Shown here: piece after piece, positions 9,134 through 17,840 of the stretch | Layout: each line of letters starts with the position of its first letter | How positions within the stretch are numbered: the stretch's first letter is position 1 | Origin: an uncultured Candidatus Saccharibacteria bacterium | GTDB lineage: Bacteria > Patescibacteriota > Saccharimonadia > Saccharimonadales > CAYOYH01 | Reading direction: 5' to 3' | DNA: 53,764 bases | NCBI GenBank assembly: GCA_964579475.1 | Contig: CAZOFP010000006.1 | Coordinates: 1-53,764 of the forward strand | Translations under genes and position numbers: made by a program | The notes under the pieces: generated by a model | Databases searched by the model: none | What the model was told of the DNA's origin: nothing | Seen by the model: only the letters and a program-made list of their open reading frames with translations

Positions 9134-10319
9134 TGGAAGACTCCTTAATTTCGCTACTTAGACTAGTGTACCTTGAGATGTTAAACACGAGACCAAGTGC
9201 AGCCATTATCATAACAAGACTTGTACCTCCAAGGCTAAGGAAAGGTAAAGTAATTCCCGTTAGAGGCAGGATACCCAGCATAGCTCCGATGTTAATAATC
9301 GTATGAGACAGCACCCAGCCAAAAACCCCCGCAACTAGCAACTTCATATACGTGCTGGTGCTCCTGGCCATAATCCTTAGCATCCTAACAAATAATATTC
9401 CAAATAAGATCAGTACTATCATGGTGCCAACAAAACCCAAAACTTCAGCAATTATCGCAAAAATCGAATCATTCGCTGCCTCTGGTAAATAGCCAAAAAC
9501 TTGGACACTGCGCCCCAGTCCCCTACCAAACAATCCGCCGCTACCAATGGCGATCAATGCCTGGTTAATCTGGTAGCCTGAACCATCAACATCCACGGAA
9601 GTATTGAGAAATGTAAGAACACGCTGCAAACGTGCTGGGAATAAAATCACTGCAGCGAATGCTGACGCCGATATCGCCCCGACATAAATGCCAATACTTT
9701 TCATGGCCGCACCACTCATGAAATACATAAATAAAGTTATGGCCACTACCGAGATCATAGTGCCTAAATCTTTTTGCAAGACCGCAATTATTAACGCCAA
9801 GACAAAAGTAATTACGAGTATCGGTTTCAAGGTGTCGTTGACGCTATTTAAGGTTTTTTTGCGTATGCGTTCACTTAAGAATGAGGCCAGATAAAATACG
9901 AGGGCGAATTTAATAAATTCCGATGGCTGTACCGAAACAGGCCCGGCGTTAATCCACCGTTTTGCGCCATTTATCTCTTGTCCAATACCTGGAAGCAGCA
10001 GAACCACCGACAGAGCTAATGCACCTACGACTAATATGGGTTGGATTTTTTGCCAAAAGGCTATCGGAATTATCGACATCAGCCAAAATGCGATAATACC
10101 TAGCGCAACAGCTGTTGTCTGGCGGTATACATAGTGATAATCACCACCTATCAAGTTCTCTGCACCTTCCCGCTGGACAAGTGCTGGACTTACAGCGTAG
10201 ATAATTATCAGTCCCAGAAGTAGCAACAAACCAATGACCACGACCAAACCGTAGTCTGGGCGGTGTTTCCTTCTATCTGTACCCGCCTCACGCCTGGAAA
10301 GGCGCCTTCTGCCTCTCAT
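9066..10319 (-). CDS. ftsW: SEDS peptidoglycan glycosyltransferase
   Basis: GAKRWI, QPSEFIK, QKDLGT, GYQINQALIAIGSGG, YLPEAANDSIFAII, PLTGITLPFLSLGGTS; ATG 10319 overlaps the mraY stop (TAATG). Confidence 0.92.
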   Translation of the reverse strand: MRGRRRLSRREAGTDRRKHRPDYGLVVVIGLLLLLGLIIIYAVSPALVQREGAENLIGGDYHYVYRQTTAVALGIIAFWLMSIIPIAFWQKIQPILVVGALALSVVLLLPGIGQEINGAKRWINAGPVSVQPSEFIKFALVFYLASFLSERIRKKTLNSVNDTLKPILVITFVLALIIAVLQKDLGTMISVVAITLFMYFMSGAAMKSIGIYVGAISASAFAAVILFPARLQRVLTFLNTSVDVDGSGYQINQALIAIGSGGLFGRGLGRSVQVFGYLPEAANDSIFAIIAEVLGFVGTMIVLILFGILFVRMLRIMARSTSTYMKLLVAGVFGWVLSHTIINIGAMLGILPLTGITLPFLSLGGTSLVMIMAALGLVFNISRYTSLSSEIKESSNARSRNRRRFGRTRQTYSSSRI

Positions 10320-11356
10320 TAGATGTGGCCACCAACTAATGCCAAAATAATTCCAAAGACCGCTGCAACCTGCCCTATGACCCAAAAACGCATGGTCACC
10401 TTAGCCTCAGGCCAGCCAGTTGCCTCGAAATGATGATGCAATGGCGCAATCTTAAACAATTTTTTGCCCCTTAGCCTCTTCGAGAGTATCTGTAGCATAC
10501 TCGAGCCGGTCTCCATGACAAATACTAGTCCGATTACAGGTAGCAGGACTAAGGTGTCGGTCAACATAGCAATAACTCCGAGGGACGCCCCGAGAGCAAA
10601 TGACCCGATGTCGCCCATTATGAATCTAGCGGGATATATATTGAACCAAACATAGGCCAGGAGTCCACCGACGATAGTCATAGCAAAACCAGCAATACCG
10701 ATATTCCCCTGTAGTAGCGCAATCAAGCCGTAGGCTGAGAACGCGCTGGTAAGTAATCCACCAGCGAGACCGTCTAACCCGTCAGTTATGTTTACGGCGT
10801 TCGTCGCTGCTACCACCACAAAAGCAAAGATAGGCACAATCAACACGCCTACATTTATGTCGCCGAAAAAGGTCAGATAAAAACTATCGTAGCCAAGTTT
10901 CGAATAGAAATAGAATCCACCAAGAAGCGCAACCAGACTGACCAAGAAAAATTTCATTCTAGCTCGAAGTCCTGCTGTGCCATTACCGTTGCCGCGCAAG
11001 TTTATAACGTCGTCCAAAAACCCTACCGCACCAGCGCCAAGCATAGCTGCCACCGGCAACCAGGTCTGGGCACGACTCCAGTTAAACAAGACTGTTACGG
11101 CGGTCACGCTAACAACAATTATTACCCCTGCCATTGTTGGTAAGTGTCTCGCATGCTTTTTTGCATGAAGCTTAGTAAACAACTGGCTTTTCTCCCCTGT
11201 TGTTGACTCTTTCCTAATCTTCTTCCAAAGCTTGTGTCTGTAGGCAAAATGAGTGTAGATAGGTGTCAGAAGCATAGCTAAAGTAAACCCAAGAAAGCTA
11301 AGCAACAGTATGCCTACCAGTTCGTCGTTTACAAGTTGCGAAGTTACGTAATCCAT
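10319..11356 (-). CDS. mraY: Phospho-N-acetylmuramoyl-pentapeptide transferase
   Basis: PTMAG, GFLDD, NAVNITDGLDGL, MGDIGS, APLHHHFE motifs; multi-TM. Confidence 0.95.
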   Translation of the reverse strand: MDYVTSQLVNDELVGILLLSFLGFTLAMLLTPIYTHFAYRHKLWKKIRKESTTGEKSQLFTKLHAKKHARHLPTMAGVIIVVSVTAVTVLFNWSRAQTWLPVAAMLGAGAVGFLDDVINLRGNGNGTAGLRARMKFFLVSLVALLGGFYFYSKLGYDSFYLTFFGDINVGVLIVPIFAFVVVAATNAVNITDGLDGLAGGLLTSAFSAYGLIALLQGNIGIAGFAMTIVGGLLAYVWFNIYPARFIMGDIGSFALGASLGVIAMLTDTLVLLPVIGLVFVMETGSSMLQILSKRLRGKKLFKIAPLHHHFEATGWPEAKVTMRFWVIGQVAAVFGIILALVGGHI

Positions 11357-11378
11357 ATTGCTTTATTTTACCCTAACC

Positions 11379-13133
11379 TTAGCTTGAAGGCGTTATTTGA
11401 TAATAATTAATCAGGAAATCGATTATATCGCCAAACACAGGCGCTGCGGCTTCCGCACCGGCTCCAACACCTACCTGAGGCTCTACGATTCGTGTCATAA
11501 CTACAAAATCAGGCGTTTTATCGACTGTCTTGCCTGAAATAAATCCAACGAAAGAACCAGTATATCGACTAGTACTGTAAGAGCCGTCAGCTTCTGTCAG
11601 TTGTGAAGTTCCGGTTTTACCACCAATAGTAAACCCTGGACGCTCGGCATAGTAACCGCCACCGTCTGTGACCACACCGACTAGCATCTTCCTAATCTCC
11701 GCCGAGACCTTGTCAGATATCGCATTGTTACTAATGATTGCTGGCTGGTTCACTGTTTCCACGCCTTCACTGTCTACCCTGGAATATATTAGGTGTGGTT
11801 GATAGAAATCGCCACCATTCACTAGTGCTGCAAACGACGAAGAAACCTGCAGTATTGTGGCAGTAAAACCTTGGCCAAACGTCATATTGGCATACTTAAC
11901 ATTATTGCCTTCCGCTTCATCGGGTGCATAAAGTATTCCGGGATTCTCGTTGGGCTGTGCGATACCCAACTTTGCACCAAACCGATAATTATTCGTAAAG
12001 AAATTATATAGACTGGTGCGAGCTTTTGTATTGATTTCACCATCACCCATCTGATTAAGAACGTACATGATACCAGTGTTGATTGACTTTACAATTACAC
12101 TGGTCATATTCTGTCGACCCCATGTTCTTTCCTGAGCATTGTTTATCGTCCAGCCGTCTATCTCAAGCGACCCAGTATCATAAAAAGTGCTATCTAAATT
12201 GACGGCACCGCTCTGTAACCCAGCCGACATCGTGAATGGCTTTATAACCGATCCTGGCTCGTAGGCATCACTGACCACGTTATTACTAAACACTTCGGGA
12301 TTCTCAACTTTATAAAACTCACTTGGATCGTATGATGGATAATTAGCCATTGCTAGTATCGCACCAGTATTTGGGTCGACTACTATCGCACTTCCAGACA
12401 CGCCATTGGTGCGCTCAACGCCGCTTTTCACCGCTTCCTCGACAGCACGTTGGACACTCCTGTCAATCGTCAGCACTACGTCCGTTCCGTCCTTCGCCGG
12501 TACTTCAACACTATTATCATCGGAGGTAGACAGCGGTATACCCCTGGCGTCGGTTACCGCACGAAGCAGCCCGTCTTCTCCAGAAAGTTCATCGTTAAGA
12601 TACCCCTCAATTCCATATTGCCCTTCTCCGTCGTTATTTACGAAACCAACAATCTGACTAGCAAGCGACCCCTCTGGATATATTCGTTTTGGCGAACTTT
12701 GCATCCCTACGCCAGAAAGCTCTAAAGCCTCAAGCTTGTCTGCTACCTTCGGGTTGACGCTTTTTTTGAGCACCACATATACGCTGTCTTCAAGTGAGAG
12801 CAGCTGCTCGTAATCTGCCGCCTTACCGCCGAGCACTTTAGACAGCTCAATCGCTGTTTTATCGGGATCCTCTACGTAGCGTGGGTCAGCATAAATAATT
12901 TTATAATCTTCGTTTAAAACAAGCGGGACGTTCTCAGACCCGTCTCTTAAAAAAATCGACCCGCGACTGGCGGGTATTTCAAACTTGCGTAGCTGCTCAG
13001 CTTGAGCCAGCGTTCTGTAATATTCACCGTTAACAACCTGAATATAAAATAATCGGCTAGTAAAAACTATGCCGAATAATATTAATATCAGATAGATAAA
13101 TTTCCGCCTAATGTTAACAGTGCTGTTGGTCAT
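11379..13133 (-). CDS. ftsI: Class B penicillin-binding protein (division transpeptidase)
   Basis: N-terminal TM, RGSI and RIYP dimerisation motifs; SxxK (GSVIKP), SxN (KSINT), KTG (GKTGT). Confidence 0.9.
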   Translation of the reverse strand: MTNSTVNIRRKFIYLILILFGIVFTSRLFYIQVVNGEYYRTLAQAEQLRKFEIPASRGSIFLRDGSENVPLVLNEDYKIIYADPRYVEDPDKTAIELSKVLGGKAADYEQLLSLEDSVYVVLKKSVNPKVADKLEALELSGVGMQSSPKRIYPEGSLASQIVGFVNNDGEGQYGIEGYLNDELSGEDGLLRAVTDARGIPLSTSDDNSVEVPAKDGTDVVLTIDRSVQRAVEEAVKSGVERTNGVSGSAIVVDPNTGAILAMANYPSYDPSEFYKVENPEVFSNNVVSDAYEPGSVIKPFTMSAGLQSGAVNLDSTFYDTGSLEIDGWTINNAQERTWGRQNMTSVIVKSINTGIMYVLNQMGDGEINTKARTSLYNFFTNNYRFGAKLGIAQPNENPGILYAPDEAEGNNVKYANMTFGQGFTATILQVSSSFAALVNGGDFYQPHLIYSRVDSEGVETVNQPAIISNNAISDKVSAEIRKMLVGVVTDGGGYYAERPGFTIGGKTGTSQLTEADGSYSTSRYTGSFVGFISGKTVDKTPDFVVMTRIVEPQVGVGAGAEAAAPVFGDIIDFLINYYQITPSS

Positions 13134-13148
13134 GCAATTTTTCGTTAA

Positions 13149-13493
13149 CTATTGTGTTGCGTAATCTGCGCTGCCTACATCCTCGAGACCTTTGGCAACA
13201 TTACTTGTTTTGATTGTCTTTAGAGCTTGAAGTCTCGCACTCTCCACTTGCAGCGACTGGTTCTCTTTTATGAGTTCCTGGCGCGCTGTTTTAAGCCCAT
13301 TCACCTCGTAACCGTAACTACTTGTCTTTGTGACCTGTGTCAGATATATCAACCCCAGTATACTCACCAATACTGCAATGAAGAGTATGTTGGTAATTGG
13401 GCCGAGTACTGACGCTTGGCTGCCGTTCTTTACGTAGTTGCGATTTCTGCGCAGAGCCTGCCTCTGCGAAATCGTGGCTATGTGATATGACAT
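13149..13493 (-). CDS. ftsL: FtsL-like cell division protein
   Basis: Basic N-terminus, one TM, leucine-zipper coiled coil (GYEVNGLKTARQELIKENQSLQVESARLQ); sits between rsmH and ftsI. Start placed at ATG 13493 behind AAGGAAA. Confidence 0.75.
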   Translation of the reverse strand: MSYHIATISQRQALRRNRNYVKNGSQASVLGPITNILFIAVLVSILGLIYLTQVTKTSSYGYEVNGLKTARQELIKENQSLQVESARLQALKTIKTSNVAKGLEDVGSADYATQ

Positions 13494-13532
13494 GTATGTT
13501 AATTTCCTTTTTTGTTTTTGGTTGAGGTGTTT

Positions 13533-13555
13533 GGCGCCCATCTTTCGTGGGCGCC
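13533..13555 (-). promoter_or_regulatory. GC-rich hairpin in the ftsL leader
   Basis: mRNA GGCGCCCA-CGAAAGA-UGGGCGCC (8-bp stem); a second palindrome CTCTAGCGCTAGAG lies at about 13559-13572. Confidence 0.5.
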
Positions 13556-13585
13556 TACCTCTAGCGCTAGAGTTCTTAAAGTTCT

Positions 13586-13657
13586 TTACCTTCTGTGAAC
13601 CGGCACTCTAAACGCTCGGGAGCTTTTAAGCTCTACTTTGATCTGACTTGAATTCAT
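13586..13657 (-). CDS. 23-aa micro-ORF MNSSQIKVELKSSRAFRVPVHRR
   Basis: ATG overlaps the rsmH stop (ATGA), preceded by GAAAGGAGC; ends TAA at 13586-13588. Too short for the ORF track. Confidence 0.55.
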   Translation of the reverse strand: MNSSQIKVELKSSRAFRVPVHRR

Positions 13658-14571
13658 ATGCTCCTTTCTGTTTTTGTTTTTATCTTTACTGCGGCTCGTA
13701 GTTTTGCACTACGTGCTCGCGGATTGTGAACATCGTTATTAGAACCACTTATCGGCTTCTTAGTGAGGATTTCTAGCCTGGCTTCATAGCCATTTTCTTT
13801 CTCTTCTTTTAGAAAGTTTTTAACCAATCGGTCTTCGAGAGAATGAAAACTTATTATTACTAGTCTGCCGTCATCCCTGAGCAAATCTGGTAGCATCGGT
13901 AAAACCGACTCTAGCTGACCAAGCTCTTGGTTGACTGCGATTCTTATTGCTTGAAAGGTACGCGTCGCCGGATGAATTTTTCCCTTCGACGGAGTTGTTC
14001 GCATAATAACTTGAGCCAGCTCTTTTGTGGTCTCCAGTGGTCGAGCATCAACGATGGCTCGAGCCACAAGACCTGGGCGCTTAACTTCTCCGAAGCTACG
14101 GAGAATGTGCCTTAAGTCCTCATATGAGTAATCGTTGACGACATCCCGAGCGGTTAGGCTCTGGCTTTCGTCCATTCTCATGTCGAGTGGGGCTTCCGTC
14201 TGGAAGCTAAATCCCCTGGCCTTATTGTCAAGTTGCGGTGACGATACACCTAGATCGAGAAGTATCATGTCGAAAGTTTCTTTTTCGTCTGTAAGCTTAG
14301 CCGCTGCTCCAACAAAATCACTGTGGATTAGCTGAGCTCCTGCTTTACCTAGATACGCCAAAGAATCGATGGCATTTTGGTCTCGATCAACTAGCATCAT
14401 CCCCGATACATTTTTAGTCATCTCCAGCACCTTCGACGCATGCCCACCGTAACCGGCGGTTAAATCTAGATAGCTCTCCCCTTCTTTTGGGGTAAGCAGC
14501 TTTAGAACATCGTCCACAAGGACTGGAACATGATTGTTGTGGTGTTGTTGTTTTTGTTTTTGCGAGGTCAC
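13654..14571 (-). CDS. rsmH: 16S rRNA m4C1402 methyltransferase
   Basis: HVPVL, DLTAGYGGHA, DLGVSSPQLD, RGFSF, PLDMRMD, HPATRTFQAIRI, ISFHSLEDR, NPRARSAKLR. Exact start uncertain. Confidence 0.96.
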   Translation of the reverse strand: MTSQKQKQQHHNNHVPVLVDDVLKLLTPKEGESYLDLTAGYGGHASKVLEMTKNVSGMMLVDRDQNAIDSLAYLGKAGAQLIHSDFVGAAAKLTDEKETFDMILLDLGVSSPQLDNKARGFSFQTEAPLDMRMDESQSLTARDVVNDYSYEDLRHILRSFGEVKRPGLVARAIVDARPLETTKELAQVIMRTTPSKGKIHPATRTFQAIRIAVNQELGQLESVLPMLPDLLRDDGRLVIISFHSLEDRLVKNFLKEEKENGYEARLEILTKKPISGSNNDVHNPRARSAKLRAAVKIKTKTERSI

Positions 14572-14828
14572 CTAACTGACAGTCAACTCTTTGTTTTGTA
14601 AAAATTTTTGTTTTTGTTGCTAATGGAGTTGTTGTGGTGAGAGAATTTCAGAAATTCTCCTAAAATCCATAGCTTTGAGAGACTTATGTGTGAGGTGGAG
14701 TTTTGGGAGGTGTTTGTTACCAAATAATGTGCGAGGGTTTTTAAGGTGGTGCCCTAGAGCCACCGTTGGCTGTCAGATAGTTGACCTCGGGTCTGTACTA
14801 AATTGTAAAAGTGCTTGTTCTTCCTATG

Positions 14829-15194
14829 CTAAGTCTTGGCAGTTATGCGCCAATACTTTCCGACTCGCGTAGCTTCTACGTCGCGGTCGATACCAGCATA
14901 GTCGAGAAGATTCTGCTCCAGGGTAATTCTCCCCTGTTTTGTATCCATCGGGCTTTCACTTTTGCCCTGCCGGAAACGCACATTGAGGTCAGCTACGCGT
15001 TCGTCTAGAACGTCGCCGCTTAGTTTCGGCTCTACTTCGCGTTCCCATACTTCTTTTGTGTATAGGTGCAAATACTTTCCGAAACCGCGAGTTACTACTA
15101 CGACACCCGACGAGAACTCAGCTCGAAGCTCGACTGGAATAGTCAGTCGACGCTTGTCATCGAGTTTTCTGTCGAAATAATCGACCGTAGCCAT
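14829..15194 (-). CDS. mraZ: Division/cell wall cluster transcriptional repressor
   Basis: Two AbrB-like repeats with DxKxR motifs (LDDKRRLTIP; MDTKQGRITL); first gene of the dcw cluster. Confidence 0.9.
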   Translation of the reverse strand: MATVDYFDRKLDDKRRLTIPVELRAEFSSGVVVVTRGFGKYLHLYTKEVWEREVEPKLSGDVLDERVADLNVRFRQGKSESPMDTKQGRITLEQNLLDYAGIDRDVEATRVGKYWRITAKT

Positions 15195-15271
15195 CTTTCG
15201 CGTACCCTTTCGTGAGTTGTTTTAATTTTCGTGGTGTTTTTTGTTTTTAGATTGGGTGGCTTCTTTTGCTA

Positions 15272-15323
15272 CCCGCTCGTACCCACTAGCAACAGTCTAC
15301 TACCCACTATGCCCCACATACAA
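15272..15323 (-). promoter_or_regulatory. mraZ promoter with four helically phased GTGGG-type MraZ boxes
   Basis: Plus-strand CCC(A/G)C at 15272, 15282, 15303, 15313 (spacings 10, 21, 10) flank a minus-strand -10 TAGACT (15294-15299); candidate -35 TTGTAT at 15318-15323. MraZ is known to bind GTGG-type direct repeats at 10-bp period. Confidence 0.7.
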
Positions 15324-15359
15324 GTGTTTTATTGATAATATCTATAAATATGCCCTAAG

Positions 15360-15401
15360 TTTTCCACAGAAACACCTATTTAGCGTAGGGGTTGTGGATT
15401 A
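15360..15401. promoter_or_regulatory. Two candidate DnaA boxes upstream of mraZ
   Basis: TTTTCCACA 15360-15368 (matches TTWTNCACA) and inverted TGTGGATTA 15393-15401 (one mismatch). Confidence 0.4.
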
Positions 15402-15418
15402 CTACACTACGACTATGG

Positions 15419-16414
15419 TTACGAATAATAAATTTTCATTAGCTGCTTGGCTATGGCCTCGGCATCATGTCGTATGAATGTGTTGCCGCTTCGTAGTTTG
15501 TCGTTTTCATTAGTCGAGTGCACGTTTTCTGACAGAAAATCGCCACCCATAGCAAGATAGGAGTTACCTTGAAGCGCTTTATCGTTCCATCCAACAAGAA
15601 ACTCTTTTTCCTCAGAGTACTTGTCTAGAAGTTCTTTCGGCGGTTGTTTGTCGTTATATAGGACATAATCAAGTTGTCCTTTGCCGATAAATCTCTCAAT
15701 TTCTACTGCATAATCGCTAACTTTAAAACCGTCTGTCTGACCAGGCTTTGTCATAAGATTGCAGACGTAGACTAATTTAGCCTGACTTTCCTCAAGCGCC
15801 TCTGCAACTCCATCAATAATCAACGCTGGTCCTATCGACCCGTATAGGTTGCCCGGCGCAATTACTACTAAATCGGCATTCTTGATTGCCTCGCTGGCTT
15901 CTGAATTAATCTTTCCACCTGGATCAAGGCTCAGTACAGGTTTTAGCCTGCCCTTAAAATTCATATGCCCAATCTTCAACTCGCCTTTAACTTTAGTTCC
16001 ATCAGAAAATTCAACTACCAAGCGTACGTCATCTAGGGTCATAGGGAGTACCCGGCCTTGAATGTTCAGTACTTCACTGGCAAACTCCACTGCCTCAGAA
16101 AAGTTGTCCGACATTTTCTCTACCGCCGTTAAAAAGAGGTTACCAAATGAATGCCCTTCAAACGTTCCTTGTTCGAAGCGATAGTTAAAAAGCTCGCGCA
16201 TTTGGTCGCTTGAACGCGAAAGTGCTACAAGACATTGACGAATATCTCCGGGTGGCAAAGCACCCAATTCGTCACGGAGCACCCCAGTTGATCCGCCGTC
16301 GTCTGCCATATTCACAAGCGCTGTTATATCTTGTACGTAGTCTTTCAGAATGCTGAGCAACGTAAAACTGCCCGTCCCACCACCAATCATCACAACTTTC
16401 GGTCCTCGCATCAT
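15419..16414 (-). CDS. yvcK: YvcK/GlmR (CofD-like) UDP-sugar-binding protein
   Basis: IGGGTG, MADDGGSTGVLR, PPGDIR, GHSFGNL, APGNLYGSI, NLMTKPGQT, IRHD. Confidence 0.9.
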   Translation of the reverse strand: MMRGPKVVMIGGGTGSFTLLSILKDYVQDITALVNMADDGGSTGVLRDELGALPPGDIRQCLVALSRSSDQMRELFNYRFEQGTFEGHSFGNLFLTAVEKMSDNFSEAVEFASEVLNIQGRVLPMTLDDVRLVVEFSDGTKVKGELKIGHMNFKGRLKPVLSLDPGGKINSEASEAIKNADLVVIAPGNLYGSIGPALIIDGVAEALEESQAKLVYVCNLMTKPGQTDGFKVSDYAVEIERFIGKGQLDYVLYNDKQPPKELLDKYSEEKEFLVGWNDKALQGNSYLAMGGDFLSENVHSTNENDKLRSGNTFIRHDAEAIAKQLMKIYYS

Positions 16415-16421
16415 TTATCCT

Positions 16422-17681
16422 TTACTGTGTTTTACGAATTTCTTTCAACTGCTCGCTAAACCATTTCGCACTCGGACGGACTGTTCGCTCCATGGTTTTA
16501 TAATCTACTTCCACAAGCCCAAACCTCGGCCAAAAACCGTCCGCCCATTCAAAATTGTCTAAAAGACTCCAATGCAAATAACCTCGAATATCGGCACCCT
16601 CACCTACGGCAGCATCTAGCGCCCCTAGAGTTTCCTCGAGCCACCATTTACGATGTTCATCCTTGCTATCAGCCAGACCATTTTCGGTAATCACAATTGG
16701 CTTGCCAAATTTAGCGTGCAAACGAAGCACCACCTGCTTAATCTCGTCCGGCTGCATATCCCATCCGTAGTCATTCACTTTTGTCTTTGGATTGTCAGGC
16801 CTGAAACCACCAAGCCATCTGTCGGCAAAATAGTAATTAAGCCCAATAAAATCGGTCTGAAGCTTCACTCTATTAAAAAACCAATAGTTCCAGAAAGTTT
16901 CTTCATTCCATGAGCCAAGCTTACTAACTAGACTATCGTCTCCACGATAAACATAATTAACCTGGTACGCTGCCCCAACGTTTATCGAATCGTCTATTTC
17001 TTTTATTATCTTGTAGCTTTTTTTATGGGCTTTTATCAAGTTTTTCTGAACTTTCGCCGCTACGAAATAATTTTTTTTCTGTGGTGGCCATTCTCCATCT
17101 AGGTAGCTCATGCCAGTATAGACATTCGGTTCATTCAGAACGCAGACATAACTAAGTTGTGCTCCAAATTCGGAAATAACTTTCTCAACAAACGTCAAGA
17201 AGTACTTTATGTTTGAGTGTTTTTCGAAGCCACCTTTCTGAGTAAACCACACCGGCATTGTCCAGTGCCAAAGCGTCACAAAAGGTTCAATACCACGCTC
17301 CTTTAGCGATTGTAAATACTGCCTATAGTGTTCGATCTCGGCCTCGTCCCACTTACCTTCCTCGGGCTCAATTCTCGACCATTCGATAGAAAATTTAAAG
17401 GCGTTCATATTCAATCTCTCCAGAATATCGAAGTCCTTTTCGTACAGATTGTAGTGATCGTTTGCCTTGCCAGAAACATAATTCGTCGGGTCTTGTGCCT
17501 GCTTTTTTATATCATTCCATCGTGGCAACCAATGAGCATATTTAGCCTCAGAATTTGCAGCAAGTTCAGAGGCATTCTCTAGCTCCCAAACACTCCACTG
17601 GTTGTGATTGCCGCCTTCCACCTGGTGCGCCGAAGTGCTCGCCCCCCAATATTTTATCTTCTGTAGATTGTCTAGTTTCAT
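16422..17681 (-). CDS. Glycoside hydrolase family 1 (beta-glucosidase-like)
   Basis: WGASTSAHQVEG, FSIEWSRIEP, TLWHW, acid/base NEP, nucleophile ITENG, WSLLDNFEW, RFGL. Confidence 0.93.
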   Translation of the reverse strand: MKLDNLQKIKYWGASTSAHQVEGGNHNQWSVWELENASELAANSEAKYAHWLPRWNDIKKQAQDPTNYVSGKANDHYNLYEKDFDILERLNMNAFKFSIEWSRIEPEEGKWDEAEIEHYRQYLQSLKERGIEPFVTLWHWTMPVWFTQKGGFEKHSNIKYFLTFVEKVISEFGAQLSYVCVLNEPNVYTGMSYLDGEWPPQKKNYFVAAKVQKNLIKAHKKSYKIIKEIDDSINVGAAYQVNYVYRGDDSLVSKLGSWNEETFWNYWFFNRVKLQTDFIGLNYYFADRWLGGFRPDNPKTKVNDYGWDMQPDEIKQVVLRLHAKFGKPIVITENGLADSKDEHRKWWLEETLGALDAAVGEGADIRGYLHWSLLDNFEWADGFWPRFGLVEVDYKTMERTVRPSAKWFSEQLKEIRKTQ

Positions 17682-17743
17682 TCGTTTAATTATACCCTAC
17701 CAGCCAGCTCATCACCCAGTGTTCAATAAGTAGGCACCAAAAA

Positions 17744-17840
17744 CACAACTTCAGAATTAATTCTGAAGTTGTGGGAGTAGTATGATTTAACGTACTACTA
17801 CTGTTAGTTTTGGGTAGTTATATAATTAATTATATAACTA
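17744..17840. repeat. Bipartite palindromic element, copy A
   Basis: Perfect 30-bp palindrome CACAACTTCAGAATTAATTCTGAAGTTGTG (17744-17773) and perfect 26-bp palindrome TAGTTATATAATTAATTATATAACTA (17815-17840); centres 69 bp apart. Confidence 0.85.
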
